Part shown: positions 1 to 12,595 of the stretch, piece after piece | How positions within the stretch are numbered: the first letter of the stretch is position 1 | How the letters are laid out: every line of letters begins with the position of its first letter | NCBI GenBank assembly: GCA_051294905.1 | Contig: CM119372.1 | Span: forward strand, 24,678,001-24,742,000 | DNA from: Botryllus schlosseri | Lineage: Eukaryota | Direction of reading: 5' to 3' | Length of the DNA: 64,000 bases | The notes under the pieces: model-generated | Database searches by the model: none | What the model was told of the DNA's origin: nothing | What the model saw: only the letters and a program-made list of their open reading frames with translations | Translations under genes and position numbers: made by a program

Positions 1-3000
1 TACGGAAATCTGCCAAGAAAATTAAGGTTTGTCGGACATCGCCATGGCCAGGCGAAATTGAGTATGTTAACAACAGCTGCTGCCAGCGACATTTCGAAAT
101 CGAAACTTCGGTAAGCCCATACCGAAACCTTGAATATTAGTAGTCATCTTGTGTACTCGAATAGAGGTAGAAGTAATGTTACATTTCTACTCGAGTACAA
201 GTTGAAGTAACAAAGTAGCCAGTAAGTATTTTTAACTCTTTGTGATCGGCCGACCCCTGACCAAAATTTCACTGCATCCTTGAAAAAGCCATAAAATGCC
301 ATCCATGAGACTCGAATCGACGCCCAATATATTGCCGTAAACCTGAAGTTGCCACCTATTGGACCGAGATACTCTATCGGCTCAGACGCGAGAGGGAGTG
401 GCGTTACCGAGGAAGTGTTCTCGATTTTTTGAAAATAAAAAATAATTTTGTTCTTCAATTTCTCCTGACGTCGTATATAGGCCTTCTTGACCACCTGATT
501 GCCTACTGCATGAAACTCGCTCCAACGAGATATTACACGCTATTATAACGCTGATATTGCGAAGGTAGTGAGGATAAGCATGGCTCACGCGGCCGCCGCC
601 GATGAGCTAAAGGCAACTCGCGCCCAGTTCTACATAACATAGTAGGTACGCTCCCTTAGCGGCGTTGCCTATCTTATTAAAATACACACTATTGAAGTGT
701 TATCAACCTCAGTAGCTTATTATGTGTAACTTCCAACTGCATAACGCAATCGTAAGTGAACACAAATGGCTTTATTTGACACTGCCCAGTGCCCCTTCGC
801 GTTCGAGAATTCATTCATTTTATGTGACACAGTATTGCTTTATTTCACAACAATTTGAACTGTATTCTACACGGCTAATGTTCCATATATAGGCCAATCA
901 ACAGTATTCATAGAAGCCAACAGTAAATTCGTACAATTTGAAATTGCCTGAAGCAATTGTACGTGTGTTTGAAACCCAACCAGTCAGGTGCTCTTACGCA
1001 GCCATGATTTTCACTTAATAAGGTATTGCTCTCTTTCACATCAATTTGAAACATCTTCTACATGCTAATCTTCGACTTTGATAGAATGGTATAAACAACA
1101 AATCATAGAAGGTAACTGTAATTGGTTATATGACCTCTCGAACGGAAGGTACAATGGTTTATATTTCAGGCGTTGTTTCACACGAACATCGTTACAAATT
1201 CAATTTTGCGGGAAATGTTTTTGTGTGTTCAATCTGCATTTCAAGCAGGATGTACATTGATATAATAGGTTATACATACATGGTCTGATGTATGCGTTGC
1301 GTATTCGTAAGAGCTATCCATATAAAACGATTGTAACAGTTTATGACCAATACAGGTCTAGCTATCTTAGATTAAATAACGACTCCTCTGTGTTAATGAG
1401 TCGCGGTCTAGTATACTAGATGCCGGTTTCAAAGGGTTAAACCTAGTTTTACCTAAAAAAATTGAAAACTGTCAAGTAGAAGTGAAAATAGTCCAAAACA
1501 TCTTGAGTAAGTAGTGAGCACTGTTCTCTCTAACCTGCGCAAATGCGCAGTGGTGACACGGTCTCTGCGCACAGAAAATTCGAAGTAATGACCTTTTTTT
1601 AGCCGTTACGCACTATCGTCGAAGGTTCTGCGCAATGAGTTGGTGAGTGTGCGCAGACTCGTCCAAAATTAGAGGGAACATTGGTAGTGAGTACTGCAAA
1701 AAGAACTCTGTTGCTGATCACCTCTGTATTCTGCTTATCATTGCATTTGACGTCAACACCTCAGTTTAACATTATTTTTATGACCATTACTGTTTACTGA
1801 TTCCCGTCTGCAGTCTCTCCACGTGCAGCAGAAGGAGCTGAAAGAGCTTCGAGCTGCGAAGCGAACGTCAGTTGTCGACGACGACTTCTCCCCCTTCGTT
1901 CTGAAGAGAAGGAAAGTCAGCACGGCGTCATCTCGAAACAACGGTACGCTTTAGGAATTTACTCTGCCGCAATTTGCGCGAATCTTTATTGGCATTATTC
2001 CGTATTCAGATTTGGTTAAGTTTAAACAGCGTAGAACGTTTCTGACCATCGAAAAGGAACAATGCGCGGGCGCAGAGGAAATCATCACCATAAAAATTCC
2101 GTCGAACGCGTCGGAAATGCACAGTGAGCCGTTGGGTTTTCTTGAGAGGCGTGTTTTATGTATCGAAGAAAATCACGTTCATGATCGATTCCAACAATCT
2201 CAAAAATAGCATGAAAATTTTTAATTGTTAGATACTCCATGTCCTAATCTGATCCAATCTGCTAAAAACTTTTCGATGTCCGATTTACAGGGTTCTCTCA
2301 GCTCGAAAATGATCCCTAAAATGATCACTACAGGTAGAATTTTAAAACGAATTCTGTGGGCCTGTGCACTTTGAGAAATCAAAATCAATCCATGGGAACT
2401 TCAATTTATTGAGAAATTCGCTGGTCTTTTGATATTACATCAGTTATGCGTGGTTGTATTGAAGTTTTTGCAAGGCAAAATTGTTTTCAAACCGCCAACT
2501 GGATTTTGAATGTTTTTTAGAGAAATTTGACTTCGCTATGAAATGAATTTTATTACAATATCAAATGTCGCTAAATTGTACCTTTGGATTTTGTCCAATT
2601 TTGATAAAAATGTAACTTTTCAATACTAGTCGTATGCAAGCTGTGGGCTTCTTTCACACAGTCTGGTACAACAACAAGCTCATTGAGATGTAGGATAAGT
2701 TGAATGTAGACCATAAACTCTATAACACGTCAGAAAGCATTTTTAGTCGTTTGTAAATTTGCTGTCTCATTTTTCTAATCAATGGACAAGCCTTCAATCT
2801 CTACATTTTGTGCAATATATTCGGTGGACCGGCCAGAAAGTTGAAACGGTGGTTGAGGATTGAGAACCACTGCTGTAAAATAACTCGTAAATATGTGCCA
2901 AGTCTTCCAGATTTTTTTCGAGCCAGAGGTTATTATCACCATTTATTTCGATCTCCGATTTGGATGAGTTGTATTTTAGCCAGTCCCAGCAAGTAGCTTT

Positions 3001-3206
3001 TGGTATCTAATCGAATATTTTTGGCAGCTGCCAACTTGTTAAACATTCTCAACACCGGCAATGAGAAATCGCTACGATCGCTGCACGGCATCGGTTCCAA
3101 ACGAGCAGCACAGATTATCCAGTTTCGGGAGGAGAACGGCAGGTTCGAAAAGATTGAAAATTTGGAAAGGATCTTGCCGAAGCAATTTGTGACGAAATTT
3201 GTCGAG
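1..3206 (+). CDS. KIF22: Kinesin-like protein KIF22 (Kid/kinesin-10), 3' exons; 5' part outside window, terminal exon unresolved
   Basis: Phase-compatible GT-AG exons: <1-110 (boundary uncertain), 1814-1943 (SLHVQQKELKELRAAKR...), 2010-2123, 3028-3206. The last encodes LLNILNTGNEKSLRSLHGIGSKRAAQIIQFREENGRFEKIENLERIL, a helix-hairpin-helix domain matching the KIF22 C-terminus as I recall it. The motor domain is not in the window. Confidence 0.75.
1519..1683. mobile_element. 165-bp hAT-type MITE
   Basis: TIRs CACTGTTCTCTCTAA / TTAGAGGGAACATTG; perfect 8-bp TSD GTAGTGAG at 1511-1518 and 1684-1691; related end near 47079. Confidence 0.85.
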
Positions 3207-5177
3207 GTAACCTATATTCTACGATTTCTTGACGGGGGGGCACTGCGCTCTAAATAGGAGGTGGTCTCAAATTAAAGTGGAAGGTGTGTAAAACATTTTA
3301 ACAGCAGCCATTTTTCTCGCAAAGCCAGAATCTCTGAACCGCATCTAAAATATTTTCATTAAAAGTTACCTTTCCAATTTTGCTATCTGTATGGTATTGA
3401 TTGAGGTCATAAGTAGTCATAGTCACGCACCATCTTGGTTTGGTTACGGTAAGTAGGCGTAAGGTGCAGGCGCTCCACATTCAGTTATATTTATGTGTGA
3501 CATATGTTACTGGCACCAAACCGGTTCAATTACTGGTACCATATGCCTAGTTACCGTACCTGGCACTGTACTTTCATATCGGCTGACCACTATCTTAAAT
3601 TTCTTCTCTGCCTTGGTCGCTTCCATAAAGTGCAACGGTGAAAAAATGCGTGCCAGAAATATTGCTAACGGTCAAGAACTGATGACACGTCACCTCGATA
3701 ACACAGAGATGGCTTGATTGGAGTAACACCTTTCATGATAATCTTTCAGTGGCAGTACATGTTTGAACTTTCCGTATCATACTTGATGTTATGACTGGTA
3801 ATGTGTGTTACTCGATTTGACTCAAATATCGAATCACTCGTATACTCGATTTTGCCCAGCCTTATTAGTAACATAACATAAGTGAGTAGTGCAATTAGCA
3901 AAGATGGTCAGTAACGTAGTACTTATACTTTTTCTGAGTACTCATGTAGGTTTTGCCGACTTGTACTTCTTATCAAGCGCTGTGTTCTCAGACCGCTTCT
4001 ACTTGACAGATTTTTTGGCAAACTACTTGCTTTTTACGCTTTGGATTTTGTAAAGCAGAAAATAGTTTTGGGATATGCTTGCGTCACTGTTCTGAAATTG
4101 TAATAAAAACTTAGCAATTTCTATCATTGAATTACATTTCGGTATCTCCATGACGAGGCACAACCCAGTTGACGATTTTGTCGTTGTTGGAATGGAGCCA
4201 GCGGTCACGTAAAACCATGTACTGTAATCAAACTACAACGTTCGTTTAGAACTCTCTGCTCCGTTCCTGCCATCTTGAGGTATCTTGAAAGACAGGCAAA
4301 GTTGTTATTCGTCAGGAAAGAGTGGGAGCTACCCAACTATTTTCGAATCGCTTGGGGGCTTCGAGTGAGTTTACGGCACGTGTATGCGGAACAGCATATC
4401 CGTATCAGTGGAGTTGACGGGAAGAGATAACCAGAAGCCGACTTCCCAACTGTGAACCCCGACTATACTACTACAAATATGAACTTTGTCTGAAAATGTG
4501 TTTTTGTAGGAGCTACCACAAAACTTCGCCCTGCAACTCAGTGTGTTGCGTACGTACATTGTTTTGCTGAATAAATTTTTAATATGTTCGAACCTAATCT
4601 CGTCCTGCAACTCAGTGTGTTTGTAGTTTGTACACTGTATTACTGAATAAAATCATGATGAATAAATTTATGATATGTTCGAACCTTGTTTGCGTTATGA
4701 TTCATGCGTTAGACATTGTTACGATTCAAAGGAGATTGCGGTTGGATTTCTGTCGCTTTCCCAAATGCAATTGCCGTGTCGACCGGGTGACGCTGATCGC
4801 AGCGTGGCGGTACAAGATTCCGAAATTAGCGCCATTCACCCCACTCCTCAGACTTTGCGTTTCAATTGATAAAGTTCTGAATTAGTACTGTTTCTATACT
4901 TCATAATAGCAGTTTAATTCACAACGCAGAGAAAAATACAGTGAGGCCTCTTCAAAAGCAAGCGCACCCTACGCACAGCGAGTCACTGACATCAGAGTCC
5001 AAACAAAATAACGAATACTTCACCCTTCACTACTCGAGCATACCGATAAGCCAGAACAAATCAAAAATTAGCCACTAAACAACGAAGCATTTCAACCATA
5101 GTGTAATACAAAAATCACCATTTAAACCATAAATTTGAAGACATTATACTATCTTCTTTCACTTTTCATTCACTGTG

Positions 5178-5310
5178 CCTGCCTCCTCTTACATCGCTTC
5201 GGCGAAGGTGGGTGTCTGATTCCAAAGACTACTCCAAGTCGTTTTGGCACCTTCCCATGTTTTCATTGTATCGCATTTTTGTGGTGTATTGAACTGATAA
5301 AAATTGCTAA
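5178..5310 (+). repeat. 3'-end fragment of a LINE/SINE family
   Basis: GGTGGGTGTCTGAT...CTACTCCAAGT...CATTGTATCGCA block, shared with 7788-7907, 14028-14187, 14628-14760, the duplicated copies at ~17527-17687 and ~18127-18260, and (reverse) ~40870-40980. Several copies end in AATAAA plus (TGAT)n or (TGAC)n. Confidence 0.7.
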
Positions 5311-7469
5311 TATACCGAACCGATATATGGTTGTTGTTATTCTTCATCACATCATTCCTCATCTCCAACTGTATCACCAAGCAGTGACTTTGGTGCGCGT
5401 TTCATTGAAAACATCATCTTATGTTGTAATTTATTTTATTCAAGAAACAACGAAATTAAAATTACGGCAAATCACGCGCAGCATGTAGTTTGCTCAATCC
5501 GGGTAGTAATTCAGAATAATATTAACTCGAGGCAATAAGTACAGGGCAGTAAATTGTCACAGGGAGTAATTTAATTGCAAATGGTAGATATCTATGATAC
5601 AAGTACGGCGCCGATATGGCAGTACATGCGAGTAACAGATGCTGAATGTACCATTACGTATTAAAAGCTAATCTTTGAGAGTGCTTCCTTGAGGATTAGA
5701 CGATAGTTGATGTTGGTGAACATTTCATCGCTGGAAAACAATTAGATGTCGTATTGTTATTCGACAAATGTGATTTCTTGTATATGCCTACAAAATAATA
5801 ATTCACTGCTGTAATCTAGTGGCTATAACTTGGATCAAATCGAATACCTCAGGCTTTGAAACAAGAAAATATTACCAAATTTCAGAAAAACGGCATTCTA
5901 TTGGCCAAAACAAAGCATTGGTGCACTGACTGATTCAATTCGAATAATTCTACAAATAATACTAGAGTTTGGCATGTACGTCAGGTGGTAAGAGTAGTTA
6001 GCGTTGATACAGAAGTAAAAGTAATGCAGTAAAATCATACTTAATTACAAGTGGGAGTAGCAATTTCCAGACATGTCTAAACTACATGAGTGGAAGTAGA
6101 AAATGAAGGTATGAAAAATTGCTCAAGTATGTAATTTCAAAAAGTCGATTTGGCCAGGGGTCGCATCGTTGAAAATATTGCGAATGCCACCGTTACAAAT
6201 AGGTGCAATTTTCGATCGTTGCGGTGGTATCAAAGTAGCTTATGTCCATTTTTTCACATTTCGAGATCCACTTTTCAAATAGATAGAAAAAAGTTTTTAT
6301 AACATTTTCATATTTTTCGTCCATATCTTGGCCACGTTTATGTTTGTCACATTGTTTTAAAGTAAACCATGCCCAATGTATGGCCGAAAGAAAATGAAAA
6401 CTTCACACAAAATGAACATAATCTACTATGATATTACTGCGACGATATATTCGGTTACGAAAGGTGCTATTTCGTCTCCTTGTTATGGCAATTTCACTCA
6501 TGAAAGTGATCCAACTACTTTCTTCTACAGTTTTTCCGGCAAAACTGCATACTTTTTACACTTTGGAATTGAAAAGCAGAAAGTAATTTTACTGAAAAAA
6601 TTTGTTTGCAGAAGTTGTTTTAACTTGAGTAGTTCTGATTCTGATTGTAATGTGAGAATTTTGCAGTGGATTGACATCCGTCTCGCAAGGAAAATAACTG
6701 ACCGAGTGTAACTGGAATCAAGAGGAACTTCCCCTGTCACGATCTTTCCCTGCTTTGAGCCTTCCTTATGCTCAAGTACAAATAATCTCCTCTTCTTGAA
6801 CGCATGTATCAGTTCATATTCTGAAATCCTGACGCCCTGTAAAGATAGGAAATGTTAATGATCAAATGAAAACTCAAAAAGATCTATAATTTAACTACAT
6901 GGTTGAATTCCCGCTAATGTAAATGCAATCCAGTATATGCCCAATTTCCTAAATCCTCCATTATGATTCAATTAGAACTCCATTATTGCAGCAGCAGCTT
7001 TTGAATAAACATAGTGGCTAAAACAGGTCAACAAGGAGTTGTTATACTGACATCATATACTCCCGCTGGAAAATACACACGCAAATAACCATCCGCAACT
7101 TGATTAATCCGTCCATCTGGAGGTTGAGGCTTCTTGATGAATTCTGGAAATGAAGCTTCCAGTTAGAATTGTGGGACATGAACGTTCCACTTTTAAAATG
7201 AAACAATCTACCAGCTGGCAGCAATGTTGAGCAAGAAATTATCAAGATGAAGAGAGAGGCTTTCATTGAACATGTGAGTTAGAACCTTTGTCATTCGTCA
7301 AGAGTGCAAAGAGATAATGTATTATACCTTGTCCATCTGCAATTACAAGTATCCGTACAACAAAAAAATCAGTTCAAATGATAAGAGAAATGCACAAATC
7401 AATTTGCACAAATCAATTCTCGGGAATAGAAGGGATTTAAACAATGGCCACTCTTCTTATATATGACAA

Positions 7470-7907
7470 GACAGCGTAACGGTGGAGTGTCCGGCTTCTT
7501 GATCGGTAGGCAGCGGGTTCAATCCCTGGCCAGGTCAGACCAAAGACTTGATTTGTAAAACTGGTATCTGTGGCTTCCCTGATTGGCGCTCAGCGTTTCT
7601 GCGGGAGTATGGATGGGTAATGCAAGACTTATAAAACCTTACAAGGCTATATCTGCAGACTGCTGCCTCTCTATCAAGCGACATATGTAGCCTACATCAT
7701 GCACTCATGGTATGCATGTGCGCGCGGATTGTGTGTATGTGTATCATGAGTTGGTCAGTGTATAATGCAGCAAAAACATCAAAGACAGGGTGTCTGATCT
7801 CAAAGGCTACTCCAAGTTGTTTCGACACCTTCCTATCTTTTCATTGTATCGCAGTCTTGTGATGTTTTGAAACGATGAAAATATTAATAAACCTGATTGA
7901 TTGATTG
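7470..7907 (+). mobile_element. tRNA-derived SINE (head, core, body, LINE-like 3' tail)
   Basis: B-box GGTTCAATCC at 7516-7525; core GGTCAGACCAAAGACTT...AACTGGTATCTGTGGCTTCCCTG...GCGCTCAGC; body repeated at ~33456-33641; ends AATAAACC(TGAT)n. Confidence 0.7.
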
Positions 7908-8271
7908 AGACAAAAATACATACCGTAATTTCATATTCCTATTGGGTGGTAAGGATTCAAAATTCTATGATTTCACAAGCATGTGAAAGTTGAGTAGGCT
8001 AATTATACAATTATATTGTCCATTTTACACATTCTAGGTCACTCTAAAATTTACAGTAAAATTGCAATATTTTTAAATTGCAATTAGCTTACGGTAGTTC
8101 ATTATTCACTCAATTTGACAGGTGAAGTCAAAGTTGACAACTTTAGGTGTCTTTTTAAACAGGTTATCGCATGATTTAAGATACTAATGGTTCAGGGATT
8201 ATCAATCATCTACTTGTCATTCGTTTACACTGATGTATATGTGGCAAATATGGAATTGAAGGTTTTTTTGG

Positions 8272-9570
8272 TTAAAACTGACCTCGGAATTGATTTTCAT
8301 ACTCTTCGTCTTCTGATAGAGGTTCTTCAATGTAGTTGAATAAAGTGTCGACTAAGATTTCCATGCAACCAGTTTCGTGTTTAACCAACCCCTCGCATCG
8401 TATAGTCTCTTTCAAAAATCTTATCGGCAACATCTCAAGCTTCAAATGGCGGAACAATTCAGGAAAGAACTTCGTCCTGTCATCGGAATTGTGCTTCACC
8501 CATTTAATGATCGCATTCCATTTCAATTCCTCTGACTTCACTTCGAATGAGCTCACGAGCATTGCAAAATCTTCCTTAGAAAGCCCAACAAATTCTGGTT
8601 CAGCAATTAATGATTGGAAATTTCTCTTCATAAAGGAAGCAATTATGTTTTTCGAATCCTTATTCGGCGCCAATTCATTGAGGTGAAAGCAATTCTTACG
8701 GGATAAATTTTCTCCCACTGTCACCGGATTAGAAAACAGAGCACCGACCACGACAGATTTTATTCTCTGACTTTTCGCAACCAGCGGTTCAGTGAGGACG
8801 GTGTTCAACAGAAAATCAAACGAATATTTTCGAAAGTGTATGTGATCTACTAAATTGCCAAATTTTTCAGCACACCCTTGAGACCAGCACAGGACTGCTT
8901 TCCAACATGTCGTGAATTTAACGTCTGAAATGTAACGGACAAGATCTTTTTTTGTGACGGTTTGAAATAGCTCCAAGTCCGTGGACATGACAATCTCCAA
9001 ATTTTTCATCACCATAACATCAGCTGCTTTTTCTACAACAGGACAGTGAAAGTCTCTAGCCAAGTTCAAGATAGATAGACTGTTCTCGGGGCAAAGTATA
9101 TTCCGCATGAATTCAAGACATTTTTCTTGGAGTCCATAAATTTGTAGGAAGCTGGCAGCATGAAGAATCTTTGAGATTGAGTCCGAGGTGATGTTGCATT
9201 TAAAAGCGTAAATGAATTCTATGCATTGTTCAACAACGTCTGCTTCAATATTATCAATTCTGAGTCGTTTTTCTTCAGCTTCTTTCATATTACAGGAGAA
9301 AAGACTTTTGAAATAACCTGAGTTGGCCGCAAGAATTAATCGATGAGCATTTATTGATTTGTTGCCGACCTCAATCTTAAAGTCGCAAAGGAAATCTTTC
9401 AGCCTCATGCTGTCCACCGATGCTGTTACATGTATCAAGCGATCCAAGTCATCATATTTGCGCATGGTTGTCGAACTAATTCTTATTGCTGAGGCCTTGG
9501 TCACACAAAATTTCCAAGACGCAGAGGACAACTGAGAAGAGATATGTGCTGAGCAAATAATTGCTTGCAT
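8272..9570 (-). CDS. BTB/POZ-BACK domain protein (kelch-like family architecture, no Kelch repeats in the ORF)
   Basis: 432-aa uninterrupted ORF; BTB motif (FLCDFKIEVGNKSINAHRLILAANSGYFKSLF...EQCIEFIY...LHAASFLQIYGLQEKC), a BACK region, then a second BACK-like segment (EFVGLSKEDF...SEELKWNAIIKWVKHNSDDRTKFFPELFRHLKL). Likely start is Met at 9465 (MRKYDD). Confidence 0.85.
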   Translation of the reverse strand: MQAIICSAHISSQLSSASWKFCVTKASAIRISSTTMRKYDDLDRLIHVTASVDSMRLKDFLCDFKIEVGNKSINAHRLILAANSGYFKSLFSCNMKEAEEKRLRIDNIEADVVEQCIEFIYAFKCNITSDSISKILHAASFLQIYGLQEKCLEFMRNILCPENSLSILNLARDFHCPVVEKAADVMVMKNLEIVMSTDLELFQTVTKKDLVRYISDVKFTTCWKAVLCWSQGCAEKFGNLVDHIHFRKYSFDFLLNTVLTEPLVAKSQRIKSVVVGALFSNPVTVGENLSRKNCFHLNELAPNKDSKNIIASFMKRNFQSLIAEPEFVGLSKEDFAMLVSSFEVKSEELKWNAIIKWVKHNSDDRTKFFPELFRHLKLEMLPIRFLKETIRCEGLVKHETGCMEILVDTLFNYIEEPLSEDEEYENQFRGQF

Positions 9571-10230
9571 AGATATAGTGTATCATACTCAACTCGAATT
9601 ACGGCATAATACACTTCACTATCTGTAACCTCAAAACCATTGTCTAAAACTAAGTTCAGATGGTGAAGCGCTCAATGACCCTTAGTACGGCATTTTAGTA
9701 TAGTATGGTATTCAATGACGAATGTTTGTGGATGAAATCTGCATATCAAGTACCTCTTGTACCGTACATGCAATTTCCATCAGGCAAGGTAAACCATCCA
9801 CTCCTAGCAGCTAGCACCACTCGCATACTACTAACTACTGGATGCACACGTTCTTTTCTATTAGTTTACGTCTGCAGTGCCCGTATTGGGGGCAGTGTGA
9901 CGAGAAATGGGACAACGTTTCTTGGCAACCACAGCTGTCGCATAGTCCCGTACTGTGTAGAATAGTAGATTGAGACGATCCCTTTAACCGGCATTGACCG
10001 GTTCCAAGGCGGAAAAGGACTGTGTCAACTTCGCATCTTTCTGAAGGACTATAGACTGCTAGTAACTAGCCTACCGAAGGCCATACTCCAATGAACGACG
10101 TAATTAATTAAACCGTGGTCAAAGCCTGAGTAGCTGAGTGACTTTGGTGGGAACATGGAATACGAAAATACTCTAGCGGGGAATTCCCACGAAGATAAAC
10201 ATGGCAATCAAAACAACCACAAGGTGGAGT

Positions 10231-10770
10231 GGTTGCCAGTAAATTCGGCCCTCCGAGAATATTACCAACCGTTAACATGAATTAATTACATAATTATACT
10301 ATTATTAAGTGATTTGGATGTCAGCGTATGCGTAGATCGCGTAATCGTGGGAGATAGCGCGGATATTCACGGGACCGAATTTACCGATGGGCGAATTTAC
10401 TACTGGAGAATTTTGTATAAAAATGTATTACCAACTATTAATATTAGGATCTTGGTTGTTTTCACACCCTATTTAGCGTCCACTTGCAACGTAATAATTT
10501 TATTTATTACACGAGCTTTCGGAGCTCCGCTCCTTCTTGAGGTGTTGAAATGAAATGAAAAAATGAAAAAAGAATTATTCAACTATTAATATGAATTAAT
10601 TACATAATTATATTATTATCGAGTGATTTGGAGGTCAGGGTATGCTTATATCACACAGTCACGAGAGATAACGCGGATATTTACAGGGCCAAATTTACTG
10701 AGGACCGAATTCAATCGGTAAATTCGGCCCTCGGAGAATTTTGTGTAAAATTGTATTACCAACTATTAAT
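10231..10770. mobile_element. Degenerate/tandem copies of the GGTTGCC-terminated foldback-like family
   Basis: Starts GGTTGCCAGTAAATTCGGCCCT; internal ATGAATTAATTACATAATTATA block duplicated (~10277 and ~10590); related to 12596-13776 and 14189-14397. Confidence 0.6.
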
Positions 10771-12595
10771 CATCATCATCATTGGTTTATTAGCAATTTT
10801 ATCAGTTCAATAGACGATTTCCACTGGCTGCGCATGGGTGGCGCCATTGTTACGAAAGGCTGGCCAGATGTCTGATCGGAGGTTTTGATACTCCATCCCT
10901 TTTGAAGGGGCGTAACGTAGGTCATTATAGTTGTAGATCTATATGTGCCGGTGCCTGCATATAGCATGTAAAAACGAAGCCGAATGGTGTCTCACACCTT
11001 CATTGTTGCGACCCTATGTGCATTATGCAGTAATGAGAGAATGGTGAATGGTACCGGTAGCTTCCATCGCAAAGGACAAGAAGCTATAAAGAAATATTGT
11101 ATTACGTTGGAACATAGGAGAGGTTACCGTGGAAAGGATTTTATTTAAGGTTTGTGTAACACTGGCATATTTGTGAGAAACTTGTTATTTATAACATTCA
11201 TTTCCATCTACTTCTATTATAAATATCATATTATTATGACAATCTGCATATTATTATTGCCTCGACTCCTATTTGTGGTTCTTCTTCTGTTACCTCCACT
11301 GAGCTATATCCTCTGTAAAGATGAGTGCACTGTATTAGTCCACTGCAATAGTTGCGACGAGTAGTATAAGACCTTCACATGTGATTTCATGATTTCCAGT
11401 CAAATTTGTTTATTTTTGACGAAGCAATAAATTGTCAATATGTCTGTAGTTTGTGATTTACATTTCTAGATCACTCAGAGAATATAAGAGTCTGTGAAAG
11501 ACATTTCCACGATAGTGATGATGTCAGGCTTGTCTCAGTCAGTGATTTGCATTACTAGAGCTCTCGGAATACAAAAGTATATGGAAGACAATTCCACGAT
11601 AATAACATCAGGCTAACGCATTGCTGCAGACAGAATACGAGATATGGCTCCGTCCCGGCAGAATACGAGATATTGCTCTGTCCCATCTAAATTTCCATGA
11701 CAAAAGATTTCAGTCGAGCAACACCAAGTGAAGAGAATCTCTGACAGATTATGTGTTGACGTGGATATTTTTCTATATAGTCATAGAGACAGATCCAACC
11801 AGTTTGTACAGCAGGGTTCGCCAACTCAAGGCAACATCGAGACGAAATAAGTCACACACCACAAAAGAACTAGTATTTTATTGAAGGGAAACAAATACAA
11901 CAGAGAATATCTGGATCATGAATATCATTTTATTCTACAGTATGAGTTGAATACGATACCTGACAACAGTTTGCATAACAGTACTATCTGAAAGACATCT
12001 TGTGGGAATCCCTAAGTGGTTTTCTAAGACTCGCAGTCTTGGCAGTATCTGCGCCATCTCACGTCAAGCCAAGATACCCCACCCATTCATATCAGCTGAT
12101 TCTGTCCCGATTAAATGCTGTTACCATCGCCGAAGCTGTCTCAGCTAGTGAGACAGGCCACCCCTGGGTTTTTTCACCCAGATCTGAGGTTTTCGAGCAT
12201 CCCCTGGGTTCGTCAGGTCAATTTTACGCTCGAAAATCAATTATTAGACCAGTAAGATCATAATGTCGTGAAATGTACGTCCTTCAGTTCGAGTTCGCCA
12301 TTGTCGACGGATTCAGCTGTTATTGTAACGGGAGAGTCTGGAGAGACTGTTTACATTCGATAGTTTCACTACTAAAATGAGATGCCTTGCGATGCGATGG
12401 AGCTTCATTGAATGCTGACTGCCAGGCACTTGGCTGCAATCATGTATGTCTTCATCTTTGCAAACTAAAGATTGAATGAGCATATAGGAGTCAATATTGT
12501 TATGCAGTTTTGGGTATGCTACATCAAGATAGGCAATCATCTCCAAATAAGTTTCATGCTGCATTAATGCCAATAAACGAACACAGTAAATCAAT

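Noticed and set aside
3207..3717. Terminal exon of KIF22
   Set aside because: Several acceptors (e.g. near 3304 and 3328) give different short tails; cannot be chosen without transcripts.
8336..8686. 116-aa plus-strand ORF and similar antisense ORFs over FEM1B and ANKDD1 exons
   Set aside because: Shadow ORFs of real coding exons on the other strand or frame.
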